Positions 21,037-30,195 of a stretch of 64,000 nt of DNA are shown piece by piece. The first letter of the stretch is position 1, and every line of letters starts with the position of its first letter. Position numbers and translations under genes: made by a program. Below the pieces are notes generated by a model that was not told the DNA's origin, made no database searches, and saw nothing but the letters and a program-made list of their open reading frames with translations. Origin of the DNA: an uncultured Solirubrobacteraceae bacterium (GTDB lineage: Bacteria > Actinomycetota > Thermoleophilia > Solirubrobacterales > Solirubrobacteraceae); NCBI GenBank assembly GCA_963698065.1, contig OY969117.1:3574329-3638328 (forward strand), written 5' to 3'.

Positions 21037-21693
21037 CTACCGCGCGACGCGCAGATAGGCGAGCACCGCGAGCACCCGCCGGTGATCCTCGCCGCAGGCC
21101 CCCAGGTCGAGCTTGGAGAAAATGCTCGTGATGTGCTTCTCCACCGCTCCCGGCGTCACCACGAGGGCCTCCGCGATCGCCGTGTTCGAGCGTCCCTCGG
21201 CCATCAGCGCCAGCACCTCCTGCTCGCGTGCCGTCAGGCTTGCGAGCGTCTCACGCTTGGCGCCGTCTCGCGGCGCCAGCAGCTCGGCCACGACCTGCCT
21301 GTCGAGCACCGTGCCGCCGGCCGCCACGCGTCGCAGGGCATCGAGAAAAGCGCGCACGTCCCCCACGCGCTCCTTGAGCAGGTAGCCGATACCGGCCGTG
21401 TCATCGCCGATCAGCTCGCTGGCGTAGGCCGTCTCCACATATTGCGAGAGCACCAGCACGCCCAGCGCCGGCTGGCGTCTACGTGCCTCGATGGCCGCCA
21501 GCAGACCCTCGTCGCTGAACGTGGGGGGCAGGCGCACGTCGACGATCGCCAGGTCGGGTTCGTGGCCCGCGATCGCCCGCAGCAGGCCCGGGCCGTCCTC
21601 CACCTGCGCCACGACCTCGATGTCGTTCTCGCGCAGCAGCGCCACCAGGCCCTCGCGCAGCAGCGCCAGGTCCTCGGCGATCACTACCCGCAA
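21037..21693 (-). CDS. Two-component response regulator, NarL/LuxR family
   Basis: MRVVIAEDLALLREGL...LAIVDVRLPP receiver domain. C-terminal LTAREQEVLALMAEGRSNTAIAEALVVTPGAVEKHITSIFSKL HTH. Confidence 0.9.
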   Translation of the reverse strand: MRVVIAEDLALLREGLVALLRENDIEVVAQVEDGPGLLRAIAGHEPDLAIVDVRLPPTFSDEGLLAAIEARRRQPALGVLVLSQYVETAYASELIGDDTAGIGYLLKERVGDVRAFLDALRRVAAGGTVLDRQVVAELLAPRDGAKRETLASLTAREQEVLALMAEGRSNTAIAEALVVTPGAVEKHITSIFSKLDLGACGEDHRRVLAVLAYLRVAR

Positions 21694-22790
21694 GGCAGCC
21701 TCCCCTCGATGACCGTGCCCTCGCCCTCCGAGCTCTGCACCTGCAGGCGCCCGTCCAGCGCCTCCACGCGCGCCCGCAGTCCCGCCAATCCCGATCCTGC
21801 CGGGTCGGCGCCTCCGCGGCCGTCGTCGCCGACCAGGACCGTGAGCGTCCGGTGCTCGTCGTCGATCACGATCCAGCTGCGCTGCGCCTGCGCGTGCTTG
21901 GCCGTGTTCGTCAGCGCCTCCGCGATCACGAAGTAGGCCGCGCTCTCGACGGCCGGCGCGAGGCCGCGGTGCAGTCTTGCCTCAACCGACGTGCCGAGGC
22001 CGTAGCGGGCAGCCAGCGACTCCACAGCCGCCTGCAAGCCACGATCGGCCAGCAGCGGCGGCACGATCCCACGAGCGAGGTCACGCAGCTCCTCGATCGC
22101 GTGGCGGGCCTCGTGCTGAGCGTCGTTGATCAGGCGCCTGACCTCGGGTTGATCCTGTACCCGCAGCTCCGCCCGCCCCAGCTGGAGCGTCAGCGCAACG
22201 AGCCGGGCCTGCGCGCCGTCATGGAGGTCTCGCTCAATCCGTCTCAGCTCCGCCGCCTGCGCCACCACCGCCTGGCGGCGGGTGTGCGTGAGCATGTCGA
22301 TCCTCGCCCGCAGCGCCCGGCGTCCGTGGGCCACGAGCACGCGGTCGTGCAGAGCGATCAGCGAGTAGGCGCTGCCGGCCGTCGCCAGTCCCAGCAGCGC
22401 CCAGGCCGGCCAGAACGAGTGAACGCCTGCCAGTAGCCACGTCAACAGCCAGGTGAAGATCAGGATCACCGCTGCGGCGCCCACCAACGCCCACACGCAG
22501 GCCACCCGTCTGATGGCGCCCGGTGGATGGCGCCACGCCCAGCCAGCGGTGAAGTCCAGCAGCACCAGATCGCCGAGCCCGAGCCAGGCCCACGCCGGCC
22601 AGAAGTAGCCCTGTCCGCCGATTGCCCAGATCCCCAGCAGCAACAGCGCCGTCAAGAACGCCAGCCGGCGCTCCAGCGAGCGTGCGTATTCGCCGATCGA
22701 CAGGCCCGCCGCAAGCGTCGGCATCCAGCGTCGGGGCGCCTGGCCCGGTGGGAACGGCGCATCGGAGGAGAGCTGCGCGCGTTGATCCAT
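21684..22790 (-). CDS. Membrane sensor histidine kinase (HisKA_3 type, DesK/LiaS-like)
   Basis: Several N-terminal TM helices. H-box ERDLHDGAQARLVAL. HATPase region EALTNTAKHA...VGDDGRGG. I prefer ATG 22790 (MDQRAQL), because the 22886 start would overlap the desaturase gene. 10-nt overlap with the regulator gene. Confidence 0.85.
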   Translation of the reverse strand: MDQRAQLSSDAPFPPGQAPRRWMPTLAAGLSIGEYARSLERRLAFLTALLLLGIWAIGGQGYFWPAWAWLGLGDLVLLDFTAGWAWRHPPGAIRRVACVWALVGAAAVILIFTWLLTWLLAGVHSFWPAWALLGLATAGSAYSLIALHDRVLVAHGRRALRARIDMLTHTRRQAVVAQAAELRRIERDLHDGAQARLVALTLQLGRAELRVQDQPEVRRLINDAQHEARHAIEELRDLARGIVPPLLADRGLQAAVESLAARYGLGTSVEARLHRGLAPAVESAAYFVIAEALTNTAKHAQAQRSWIVIDDEHRTLTVLVGDDGRGGADPAGSGLAGLRARVEALDGRLQVQSSEGEGTVIEGRLPCG

Positions 22791-22834
22791 CCCGGCAATG
22801 GTCTCACGGCCGAGCAGCCGCCGAGCCGTCGCGA

Positions 22835-23833
22835 TCACACCGCCTTGGCGGCTTGGCGCTCGGCGCCCACCCGCTGCACCTCCCACACCAGCCCAGCGCG
22901 CTCCAGCGCCGCTATGACCAATCCCGAGATGTCGATCTCACCGCGGCCCATGCCGTGAAACGCCGAGGTGGGAAACGCATGATGATTGTTGTGCCACGCC
23001 TCCCCGAAAGAGAGCGGCGCGAGCCACAGCAGGTTGCGTGAATGATCATCCGTGCGAAACCTGCGCCGACCGAAGAAGTGACACAGCGAGTTGATGCTGT
23101 AGGTCACGTGGTGGAGCAGCAGGATGCGCACGGCGCCACCCCACAGCAACGCCTCCAGGCCCGCTCCCAGCGTGCCTCCGACGAGCACACCGAGGCCAAA
23201 TGGGATCGCCAGGCCGAGCAGCGACCACAGCACGAAGGTCTTGTCCACAAAGGCGACCACCGGATCGGCCAGCAGGTCGGGCGCAAAGCGTTCCCGCGCC
23301 CCGCGCTGGGTGTGATCGAACAGCCAGCCCACATGCGCGTGGAGCAACCCCCGGAGCGCTCCCCGCCAGCCACCGCCGTGATCGACGTGCGGGCTGTGCG
23401 GGTCACCCAGCCGGTCGGTGTAGGCGTGGTGCTTGCGATGGTCGGCCACCCACGAGATCACCGGCCCCTCGACCGACATCGTGCCCAGCACGGCTAGCAC
23501 GCCTCGCAGCCACGGCGAGGTCTTGAAGCTGCGGTGCGTCAGCAGCCGGTGGAAGCCGACCGTCACGCCGAGTCCCGTGGCCAGATACATGACCGCCAGG
23601 ATCGCCACATCGCGCCAGTGCAGCTCGCGGTTCCACAACTGCCAGCCTGCCAGCACCAGCAAGAGCGGTGGAACCCCTGTGATCAAGCCCGTTATCGCGC
23701 GATCGACATTTTCCAGGACGGGCACCTGGATCTCCTCGGGCGTGGGGCCCTCGGGAGCGCCACCAGGACTCAGCGGCTCGAGATCCACAGGGGCGGGCGG
23801 ATGCTCGAGGACGTTTGCGCCGAGATCGCTCAT
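22835..23833 (-). CDS. Membrane fatty-acid desaturase (stearoyl-CoA delta-9 / DesA3-like His-box family)
   Basis: His boxes HRLLTHRSF, HRKHHAYTD and WHNNHHAFPTSA. Start MSDLGANV at ATG 23833 preferred over 23950. Confidence 0.85.
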   Translation of the reverse strand: MSDLGANVLEHPPAPVDLEPLSPGGAPEGPTPEEIQVPVLENVDRAITGLITGVPPLLLVLAGWQLWNRELHWRDVAILAVMYLATGLGVTVGFHRLLTHRSFKTSPWLRGVLAVLGTMSVEGPVISWVADHRKHHAYTDRLGDPHSPHVDHGGGWRGALRGLLHAHVGWLFDHTQRGARERFAPDLLADPVVAFVDKTFVLWSLLGLAIPFGLGVLVGGTLGAGLEALLWGGAVRILLLHHVTYSINSLCHFFGRRRFRTDDHSRNLLWLAPLSFGEAWHNNHHAFPTSAFHGMGRGEIDISGLVIAALERAGLVWEVQRVGAERQAAKAV

Positions 23834-23990
23834 CCCATTGAATCCTGAGCGCCGACATCCTCCCTGTCGATGCGGTGTCCCACCGACCGAGGCACGGTCC
23901 ACCCCCGACTCGACGCTCGGGATAGCCCCCGCCCACAACTTCCCGTACACCAGGCGCTACTGTGCATGAAGGCATGCGCACGAGGCCGAT

Positions 23991-24896
23991 ATGAGCGCGA
24001 CTGACTCGCTGGAGCTGCATGAGTTGAGCCTCCATGGTCACCGTCTGGCCTACCGCCAGGCCGGCAGCGGCCCCGTGGTGGTCCTGATCCATGGCATCAC
24101 CTCCGACTCGAGCACCTGGCGACGCGTGATGCCTTACCTGGCCAAGCGCTTCACCGTGATCGCGCCCGACCTGATCGGGCACGGGGCCTCAGCCAAGCCC
24201 AAGGGCGACTACTCGCTCGGGGCCCACGCCAGCGCCGTACGCGACCTGCTCGTGGCACTGGGGCACGACAGCGCGAGCTTCGTCGGGCACTCCCTCGGCG
24301 GAGGCATCGCCATGCAGATCTCCTACCAGTTCCCCGAGCGCTGCCAGCGGCTAGTGCTCGTCGACAGCGGCGGGCTGGGCCGCGACGTGAGCCTGCTCCT
24401 GCGCGCCGCCACGCTCCCCGGCTCGGAGCTCGTGCTGCCCCTGCTCGCAGCAACTCGGCTGCTCGACGCAGGACGCCTGGCCGGCAGTGCCCTCGCCCGT
24501 CTCGGTCTCAAAGCAGGTACCGACATCGAGGAGATCGCGCGCGGGCACGCCTCGCTATCGGACGCCGAGGCCCGCGGCGCCTTCATCAACACCCTGCGCT
24601 CGGTCGTCGGTCCCGGCGGCCAGCGTGTCAACGCATCCAACCGGCTGTACCTCGCCAAGCACCTCCCGCTGCTGCTCTTGTGGGGCGAGCACGACTCGCT
24701 GATACCGGTCTCGCACGGGCGCACAACGCACGAGCAGCTTCCCGACAGCCGCCTGGAGGTGTTCGCCGACTCCGGGCACTTCCCGCAGCTGGATGAGCCC
24801 GAGCGCTTCCTCGACGTGCTGCTCGACTTCATCGACTCGACCGAGCCGTCAACGCTCGACGCAGGAGGGTGGCGCGAGCTGTTGATGGCGGGTTAG
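23991..24896 (+). CDS. Alpha/beta-fold hydrolase
   Basis: GPVVVLIHGITSDSSTWRRV..., nucleophile elbow VGHSLGGGIA, C-terminal SGHFPQLDEPERF. Confidence 0.85.
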   Translation: MSATDSLELHELSLHGHRLAYRQAGSGPVVVLIHGITSDSSTWRRVMPYLAKRFTVIAPDLIGHGASAKPKGDYSLGAHASAVRDLLVALGHDSASFVGHSLGGGIAMQISYQFPERCQRLVLVDSGGLGRDVSLLLRAATLPGSELVLPLLAATRLLDAGRLAGSALARLGLKAGTDIEEIARGHASLSDAEARGAFINTLRSVVGPGGQRVNASNRLYLAKHLPLLLLWGEHDSLIPVSHGRTTHEQLPDSRLEVFADSGHFPQLDEPERFLDVLLDFIDSTEPSTLDAGGWRELLMAG

Positions 24897-24917
24897 GCAG
24901 CGTCTCGGTCCTCACGC

Positions 24918-25310
24918 CTATGCGGCCTTGATGCCCTCGCGCCTGGCGGCCTTCAGGACCTTCTGATCGAAGGATGAGACCGCCGAGCTAGTGTGCTTTG
25001 CGGTCGCGAGGCAGTAGGCGTCGGGGAGACTGATCGGGTGCCGCTGTCGCAGGCGCGCCGCCTCCACCCCGATCGCCTCGTTCGGCTGGTGTACGCTGAC
25101 CCCGAGGGAGGCGATCGCCTCCCGGGCGGCGGCGAGCTTGGACACGTCTGCCGAGGGAGCGATCAGCACCTCGGTCAGGTTCACGATGCTGACAGCGCAA
25201 GCGTCTTGGTCCTCGCGCCACTTGGTGAACAGCGCGCGAGCGCGATGATGATGCGGGTCGCTGCCGTCAAGCGCTCCGATCAGGACGTCCGCGTCGAGGA
25301 GCAGCTTCAC
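24918..25310 (-). CDS. vapC: PIN-domain ribonuclease toxin VapC
   Basis: MKLLLDADVLIGALDGSDPHH with conserved acidic residues. 130 aa. 4-nt overlap with the upstream antitoxin gene. Confidence 0.85.
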   Translation of the reverse strand: MKLLLDADVLIGALDGSDPHHHRARALFTKWREDQDACAVSIVNLTEVLIAPSADVSKLAAAREAIASLGVSVHQPNEAIGVEAARLRQRHPISLPDAYCLATAKHTSSAVSSFDQKVLKAARREGIKAA

Positions 25311-25528
25311 CGCTGTTCATCGTCGGCGTCGAGCTGCTGGAGATAGCCGACGGGGTAGGTGCCCGTCAGCGTCCCAAACGCATCCTCGAAGGTCGCTGTC
25401 GTGCGGCGGATCAGCAGCTCCCCGTCGCCGGCCGGCTCGACCGTGACGCGCTCGCCTGCGTGCAGCCCGACCTCGTCGAGCGCGGCCACGGGGATCGTGA
25501 TCTGGTTCTTGGCCGAGATTCGCGGCAT
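25307..25528 (-). CDS. vapB: AbrB/SpoVT-type antitoxin VapB
   Basis: MPRISAKNQITIPVAALDEVGLHAGERVTVEP is a swapped-hairpin AbrB-like motif. 73 aa, immediately upstream of vapC. Confidence 0.8.
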   Translation of the reverse strand: MPRISAKNQITIPVAALDEVGLHAGERVTVEPAGDGELLIRRTTATFEDAFGTLTGTYPVGYLQQLDADDEQR

Positions 25529-25529
25529 T

Positions 25530-25550
25530 CCTTTACTTTAGCGGTAAAGG
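25530..25550. promoter_or_regulatory. Perfect 7-bp inverted repeat CCTTTAC-N7-GTAAAGG abutting the vapB start codon
   Basis: Read directly: 25530 CCTTTAC, spacer tttagcg, GTAAAGG to 25550. One arm contains the AAGGA Shine-Dalgarno-like element of vapB. Candidate autoregulatory operator or RBS-sequestering hairpin. Confidence 0.5.
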
Positions 25551-25594
25551 CAGCGCCAGCTCACCGGGGCCGGCGATACGCTCCTGGCGAGCCC

Positions 25595-26587
25595 TCAGTC
25601 CGTACGCACGTCGAGCACGACCTTGCCAGTGGCACGGCGCTCATCCAGGCACCTCAGCGCATCGGCGGCGCGCTCGAGCGGGAAGCGCGGACCCACGATC
25701 GGCCGGACGAAGCCCGCATCGACCATCAGCCCCACCTCCGCGCCGATCTCGCGGTTGACCTCGGGCTTGCCCAGCACGTAGGCGCCCCAGCCGGCGCCCA
25801 CCACCTCGGTGTTCTTGAGCAGCAGCCGGTTGACCTTGACCTCGGGGATCGACCCGCCGGTGAAGCCGACCACGACCAGGCGTCCGTTCTCGCGCAGCGA
25901 GCGCAGGCTGTCGGTGAAGCGGTCGCCGCCCACCGGGTCGAGCACCACGTCGACGCCGCCGCCCGAGAGCTCTTTGACCTCGTCCTTCCAGCTCTCGCTC
26001 AGCATCACCACGTGATCGGCGCCGGCCGCCGCTGCCACGCTGCGCTTCTCCGCGGTGGAGACCAGCGCGATCGTGCTGGCGCCAACCGCCTTGGCGACCT
26101 GCAGGGAGGCCGTGCCCACGCCACCGGCAGCGCCGTGAACGAGCACGCTCTCGCCCTGTTTCAGGCGCCCGCGCAGCACCAGCGAGAAGTAGGCCGTGTG
26201 GTAGTTGAGGACCAGCCCCGCACCCTGCGCGAAGTCGAGATCGTCGGCGAGCGGGAAGGTGAAGTAGTCGGGGGCGACCGCCGTCTCGGCGAAGCCGCCG
26301 AGCGCGCAGAAGGCCGCCACCCGATCGCCGGGTGCCACGGTGGCCCCAGGGGGAGCGCTGCGCACGATCCCAGCGACCTCGCTGCCCGGCACGAACGGCA
26401 GCGGCGGTTTCATCTGGTACTCGCCACGCGTCTGCAGCAGCTCGGGGAAGGACACGCCGGCAACGTGAACGTCGACGAGCACCCCCTCGCCGGGCGTGAG
26501 CATGTGCGAGGCCTCCGGCTCGGGTATGTCAACGAGAGCCAGCGCGCTGTCCGGTCCCGTCTCGGCGACTATCTGGATAGCTCTCAT
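25595..26587 (-). CDS. NADPH:quinone oxidoreductase / zeta-crystallin-like medium-chain dehydrogenase
   Basis: MRAIQIVAETGPDSALALVDIPEPE..., HGAAGGVGTASLQVAKAVGA cofactor motif. ATG 26587 preferred over 26641. Confidence 0.85.
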   Translation of the reverse strand: MRAIQIVAETGPDSALALVDIPEPEASHMLTPGEGVLVDVHVAGVSFPELLQTRGEYQMKPPLPFVPGSEVAGIVRSAPPGATVAPGDRVAAFCALGGFAETAVAPDYFTFPLADDLDFAQGAGLVLNYHTAYFSLVLRGRLKQGESVLVHGAAGGVGTASLQVAKAVGASTIALVSTAEKRSVAAAAGADHVVMLSESWKDEVKELSGGGVDVVLDPVGGDRFTDSLRSLRENGRLVVVGFTGGSIPEVKVNRLLLKNTEVVGAGWGAYVLGKPEVNREIGAEVGLMVDAGFVRPIVGPRFPLERAADALRCLDERRATGKVVLDVRTD

Positions 26588-26661
26588 GCGGTTGATTATG
26601 TCCGAGCGCGCCGGGGTAGGGCGCGTGCTCGGTCCTGACATCGTCGTACACTCGGATGTAG

Positions 26662-27180
26662 ATGAGAAGCACAGCTGTAGCGATCACGACTTTGCTGGCG
26701 GGCTTCCTGCTCGCGAACATGCTCGGCGTCGCCGTGGCCGAAGCGCCCGCCCCCACCGCCCCCCGCACGATCAGCGTGGAGGGGGTCGCCTCGGTGCCGA
26801 TCGGCCAGGCCGACAACGCTGCGAGCGCCACGGCGGTCTATCGCCAGGGGATGGCCGGCGCCGTCGCCGACGGTCAGAGCAAGGCTGAATTCCTCGCGGG
26901 CAAGGTGAGCGCGACGCTCGGCGCCGTGCAGAGCCTCGGCGAAGGGGGCGGTGAAATCTCCTGCACCGCTAGCGAAGCCTCGGGTTACGCGGAATATGAA
27001 GGCGAACAACCGGACTTCGGCTCGGTCTCGCAGGGTGGCGTCACCTACGCCGCCACGCCCAAGGCCGCCCATGTCGTGAAGCCACGGTCGAAGTCCAAGT
27101 CGCGTCCCGTGGCAAAAAAGGCGTCGGTCGGAAGCTGCACGCTGACGGCTCGCGTCTCCGTCGTCTACGCGATCAGCTGA
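26662..27180 (+). CDS. Secreted hypothetical protein, possibly SIMPL/DUF541-like
   Basis: Signal peptide MRSTAVAITTLLAGFLLANMLGVAVAEA. RTISVEGVASVPIGQADNA... resembles the SIMPL fold start. Family assignment is weak. Confidence 0.5.
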   Translation: MRSTAVAITTLLAGFLLANMLGVAVAEAPAPTAPRTISVEGVASVPIGQADNAASATAVYRQGMAGAVADGQSKAEFLAGKVSATLGAVQSLGEGGGEISCTASEASGYAEYEGEQPDFGSVSQGGVTYAATPKAAHVVKPRSKSKSRPVAKKASVGSCTLTARVSVVYAIS

Positions 27181-27192
27181 GCGACTGGCGCG

Positions 27193-27849
27193 TCAGGGGC
27201 GCCGCGCCACGCCCAGGATGTGCGGGGCCGGCGGTAGATAGCGAGCCGGGCTGAACGCAAAGCGCTCGCAGCTCTCGAGCTCGAACCCGGCAGCCGTGAT
27301 CGCCGCGGCGGTGTCGCGACCGAGGTGGCAGCCGCCGGCCAGCCGCGGCCAGAGGGTGGCGTCGGCCAGGTCCTGGATGCGAGCCTCGCCGCGTCTGGGG
27401 GCACGAACGTGCTCATAGAAATGGAGCGTCCCGCCGGGACGGATCACGTTGAACAGCTCCGTGAGCGCCTGGTGCTGATTGGGAACCGTGCACAGCACCA
27501 GCGAGACGACCCCGACGTCAAACGATCCCTCCGCGAAGTCAAGGGCGCCGGCCCTCGCGTCGTGGACGGACACGCGCATCCCTACCTCGGCGGCGGCGCG
27601 CACCGCGCGCTCGCGCAGGTGACGCTCGGGCTCGACCGCGACGACCTCATCGACCGTGTCGGGGTAGTGCGCGAAGTTCGAGCCTGCCCCCGCGCCGAGC
27701 TCGAGCACGCGGCCGCTCGTTGCCTCGAGCAGGGCGCGGCGGTGCTCTGCTCCCCCGCGCGATTCGGCCGCTCGCGCCAGGCGCGCATAGACGCGCGCGA
27801 ACACCGGGTGGTGAACCGCCTCGCCCGAGTGCTCGGACTGCTGACTCAT
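27193..27849 (-). CDS. Class I SAM-dependent methyltransferase
   Basis: Motif I VLELGAGAGSNFAHY, post-I VVAVEPE, LRPGGTLHFYEH. ATGA overlap with the upstream dehydrogenase stop. Confidence 0.8.
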   Translation of the reverse strand: MSQQSEHSGEAVHHPVFARVYARLARAAESRGGAEHRRALLEATSGRVLELGAGAGSNFAHYPDTVDEVVAVEPERHLRERAVRAAAEVGMRVSVHDARAGALDFAEGSFDVGVVSLVLCTVPNQHQALTELFNVIRPGGTLHFYEHVRAPRRGEARIQDLADATLWPRLAGGCHLGRDTAAAITAAGFELESCERFAFSPARYLPPAPHILGVARRP

Positions 27850-28775
27850 TCGACGTGGAGCACGGCCTTGCCCGCGACCCTGCGCTCCATCAGCGCCTCG
27901 ATCGCCTCCGCGGCCTCCGTCCAGGAGCTCTCGCGATCGATCGAGCTCTCCAGGCGACCGTCCTCGACGAGCTTTACGAGCCTGCCCAGGTCGAGCGTGC
28001 CCGAGCGTTCCCGATCGAGCAGCGCGAACACGAAGATGCCGTGCAGGCGCGCTCCGGGTGCACGGCCGAAGAACGCCCGCGTCGGAAACTCCACCGGCTC
28101 GGGGTCACTGGAAGCAAACGACACGATCGCGCCGAAGGGAGCCACGCGCTGCATGGCGGCCCCCAGCGTCGCTCCGCCGACGCCCTCGACGATGCCGTGG
28201 AACTCCGGTCCGGAGGGATCGAGCTCGTGCAGCACCTCATCGGCACCCAGCTCCTTCAGGCCCCGTGCGCGCTGGGCATTGGCCGAGACGCCCGTCACGT
28301 GCGCGCCCGCCATCTTCGCCAGCTGAACCGCGAAGCGGCCCACACCACCACTGGCGCCCGTGACCAGCACCCTGCGAGCGAGCACCGGGCCGATGATGTC
28401 CAGCGCCTTCAGCGCCGTGAGGCCCGCGACGGGCAGCGTCGAGGCCTGGGCATCGGTGACCCCATCGGGCAGGACGGCGAGCACGTCGGTGCCGATCGCC
28501 GCCAGCTGTGCCCAGCCGGCGCCGCGGGAGACCCCCACCACACGTGTGCCCGCCGGCGGACCCGTCCCGTCCGCGGCCGCCCGCTCGACCACGCCGGCCA
28601 CGTCCCAGCCGGTGAGCTTGCCGGCTTCCGTGTCAGCCAGACGCCTGGTCTCGCCCCGATTCAGCGAGAAGGCCGTGACGCGCACGAGCGCCTGGCCGGA
28701 CAGCGGACTCGGCTCGGGGACCTCGCGTAGCTCGACGTTTCCAGGCGCTCCAGGCGAGGCGGTGAGAGCGAGCAT
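27846..28775 (-). CDS. Zinc-type/quinone oxidoreductase family (MDR) dehydrogenase
   Basis: VELREVPEPSPLSGQALVRVTAFSLNRGE..., VLVTGASGGVGRFAVQLAKMAGA. Confidence 0.8.
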   Translation of the reverse strand: MLALTASPGAPGNVELREVPEPSPLSGQALVRVTAFSLNRGETRRLADTEAGKLTGWDVAGVVERAAADGTGPPAGTRVVGVSRGAGWAQLAAIGTDVLAVLPDGVTDAQASTLPVAGLTALKALDIIGPVLARRVLVTGASGGVGRFAVQLAKMAGAHVTGVSANAQRARGLKELGADEVLHELDPSGPEFHGIVEGVGGATLGAAMQRVAPFGAIVSFASSDPEPVEFPTRAFFGRAPGARLHGIFVFALLDRERSGTLDLGRLVKLVEDGRLESSIDRESSWTEAAEAIEALMERRVAGKAVLHVE

Positions 28776-28799
28776 GCGCTCGATCCTAGTCCGCTCGCG

Positions 28800-29189
28800 T
28801 CAGCTCTCGGCGTAGCGCGCGACCGTGAAGGAGATCAGCACGGGAACGTGCACCGCGAACACGACCAGCGAGAGCGTCAGAACGACCAGCGGGCCGCCGC
28901 TCAGGTTGTTGCGCAGGAACGCGTACTCGATCATCCCCGCGATCACCACATAGGCGAGCAGCGCCCAGCGGGCTACCTCGAAGAAGCGCCCCCAGGCGAA
29001 GTCGGGCACGCGGGCCAGCGCCGCGAGGTTCCCCGCCAGAAGCAGCGCCGAGGCGCACAGCAGGATCACCGCGGGCGCGAGCGTGACGTGGTTGGGGATG
29101 TGCGAGGAGAGGTAGATACCGGCGGCCACGATCAGGGCCAGCGAGAGCATCCCCACCTGTGTCACCGGGGGTAGCCGCCGCTCGTTCAT
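28800..29189 (-). CDS. Small integral membrane protein (4 predicted TM), hypothetical
   Basis: MNERRLPPVTQVGMLSLALIVAAGIYL... is hydrophobic throughout. ATG 29189 has an ATGA overlap with the upstream gene's stop. The ORF-track N-terminal 153 aa are an out-of-frame shadow of the neighbour. Confidence 0.55.
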   Translation of the reverse strand: MNERRLPPVTQVGMLSLALIVAAGIYLSSHIPNHVTLAPAVILLCASALLLAGNLAALARVPDFAWGRFFEVARWALLAYVVIAGMIEYAFLRNNLSGGPLVVLTLSLVVFAVHVPVLISFTVARYAES

Positions 29190-29806
29190 CCGCTCGCCAG
29201 CTTGGTCATGATCACGAACGTGGCCACCTGCATCGCACCTGTCGCGCCGGCCGTGTAGATGAAGCGTTTCATCAACCGCTCGATCACCTCGGGATTGGGC
29301 CGCGGCTTCTTCATCTCGACCAGCACAGCGATGTTCGCCGGCTCGAGCAACCCCAGGGCGATTACCGCCATGATGCCGACCACGATGTAGCTCGCCACGA
29401 TCCAGCCGTGCAGCGCATAGCTGCTCTGGGTGTTTCCGAGCCTGGTCGCAAGCTGCCAGCCGGCGGACAGCGTGACGATCACGGCCGTGGGCATGATCAG
29501 CACCATCTTGGGCATCAGCTTGGTGGTGAACTCCATCCGCGCCGGAATCGACATGCGTCCGATGATCGGTCCCAGCACGAAGCCGAGGAACAGGTCGACG
29601 ATCGTCCACGTCGCACCGCCCACCACGTGCAGGAACATCAGCGGCCACAGTTCGTTCACAGCGATTCCAACGATCACCACCACGAGCACGAAGGCCACGA
29701 TCGGCAGGCCGGCGCGCGGGACGATCTGGAAGTCCGGTCGCTCCATGGCAGGAGGATGAGCCTCTACCCCAGCCCCCGCTGACGATGGGATGGCAACGCC
29801 CGCCAT
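29186..29806 (-). CDS. Integral membrane protein, hypothetical
   Basis: Hydrophobic helices IVAFVLVVVIVGIAV, VGGATWTIVDLFLGFVLGPII, MVLIMPTAVIVTLSAGW, WIVASYIVVGIMAVIALGLL. Alternative start MERPDF at 29746. Confidence 0.6.
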   Translation of the reverse strand: MAGVAIPSSAGAGVEAHPPAMERPDFQIVPRAGLPIVAFVLVVVIVGIAVNELWPLMFLHVVGGATWTIVDLFLGFVLGPIIGRMSIPARMEFTTKLMPKMVLIMPTAVIVTLSAGWQLATRLGNTQSSYALHGWIVASYIVVGIMAVIALGLLEPANIAVLVEMKKPRPNPEVIERLMKRFIYTAGATGAMQVATFVIMTKLASG

Positions 29807-29815
29807 CCGCGCAAT

Positions 29816-30190
29816 CTAACGCGCTGGGCGGCGAAATGCTAGAGGCGCCAACTCAAGGTCCGGACGCAAGTCGGCGTAGATCCAGCTGGCAGCCGCGGTC
29901 ACGGCCGAGACCACCAGAACCGACGGCCACGCGCCGATGGCGAGCGCAAGCACGTGCGAGGCGACGAACGCAGTGAACGCAACACCTGTCAGTGCAGCCG
30001 CCGTGCGCGGCCCGCGACGTTGAGCCCATGCGCGCATGCACCACACCCCGCCCGCCAGCATCACCACGCCACCAAGTGGCCTCGAGCCGCTGGCCACAGC
30101 CACGCCGAATCCGGCGGTCAGCGAGCCTGCCGCGATGGGAGCGGTGGGAACGGGACGCATCGGTTGAGCGTAGCGCCAAGGCGGCGGCAA
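29816..30190 (-). CDS. Small membrane protein, hypothetical
   Basis: Hydrophobic frame GSLTAGFGVAVASG...VVMLAGGVWCM...AFTAFVASHVLALAIGAWPSVLVVSAV. Start is TTG 30190 (5 nt after the regulator stop) or ATG 30160. No SD seen for either. Confidence 0.45.
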   Translation of the reverse strand: MPPPWRYAQPMRPVPTAPIAAGSLTAGFGVAVASGSRPLGGVVMLAGGVWCMRAWAQRRGPRTAAALTGVAFTAFVASHVLALAIGAWPSVLVVSAVTAAASWIYADLRPDLELAPLAFRRPAR

Positions 30191-30195
30191 AGGCG

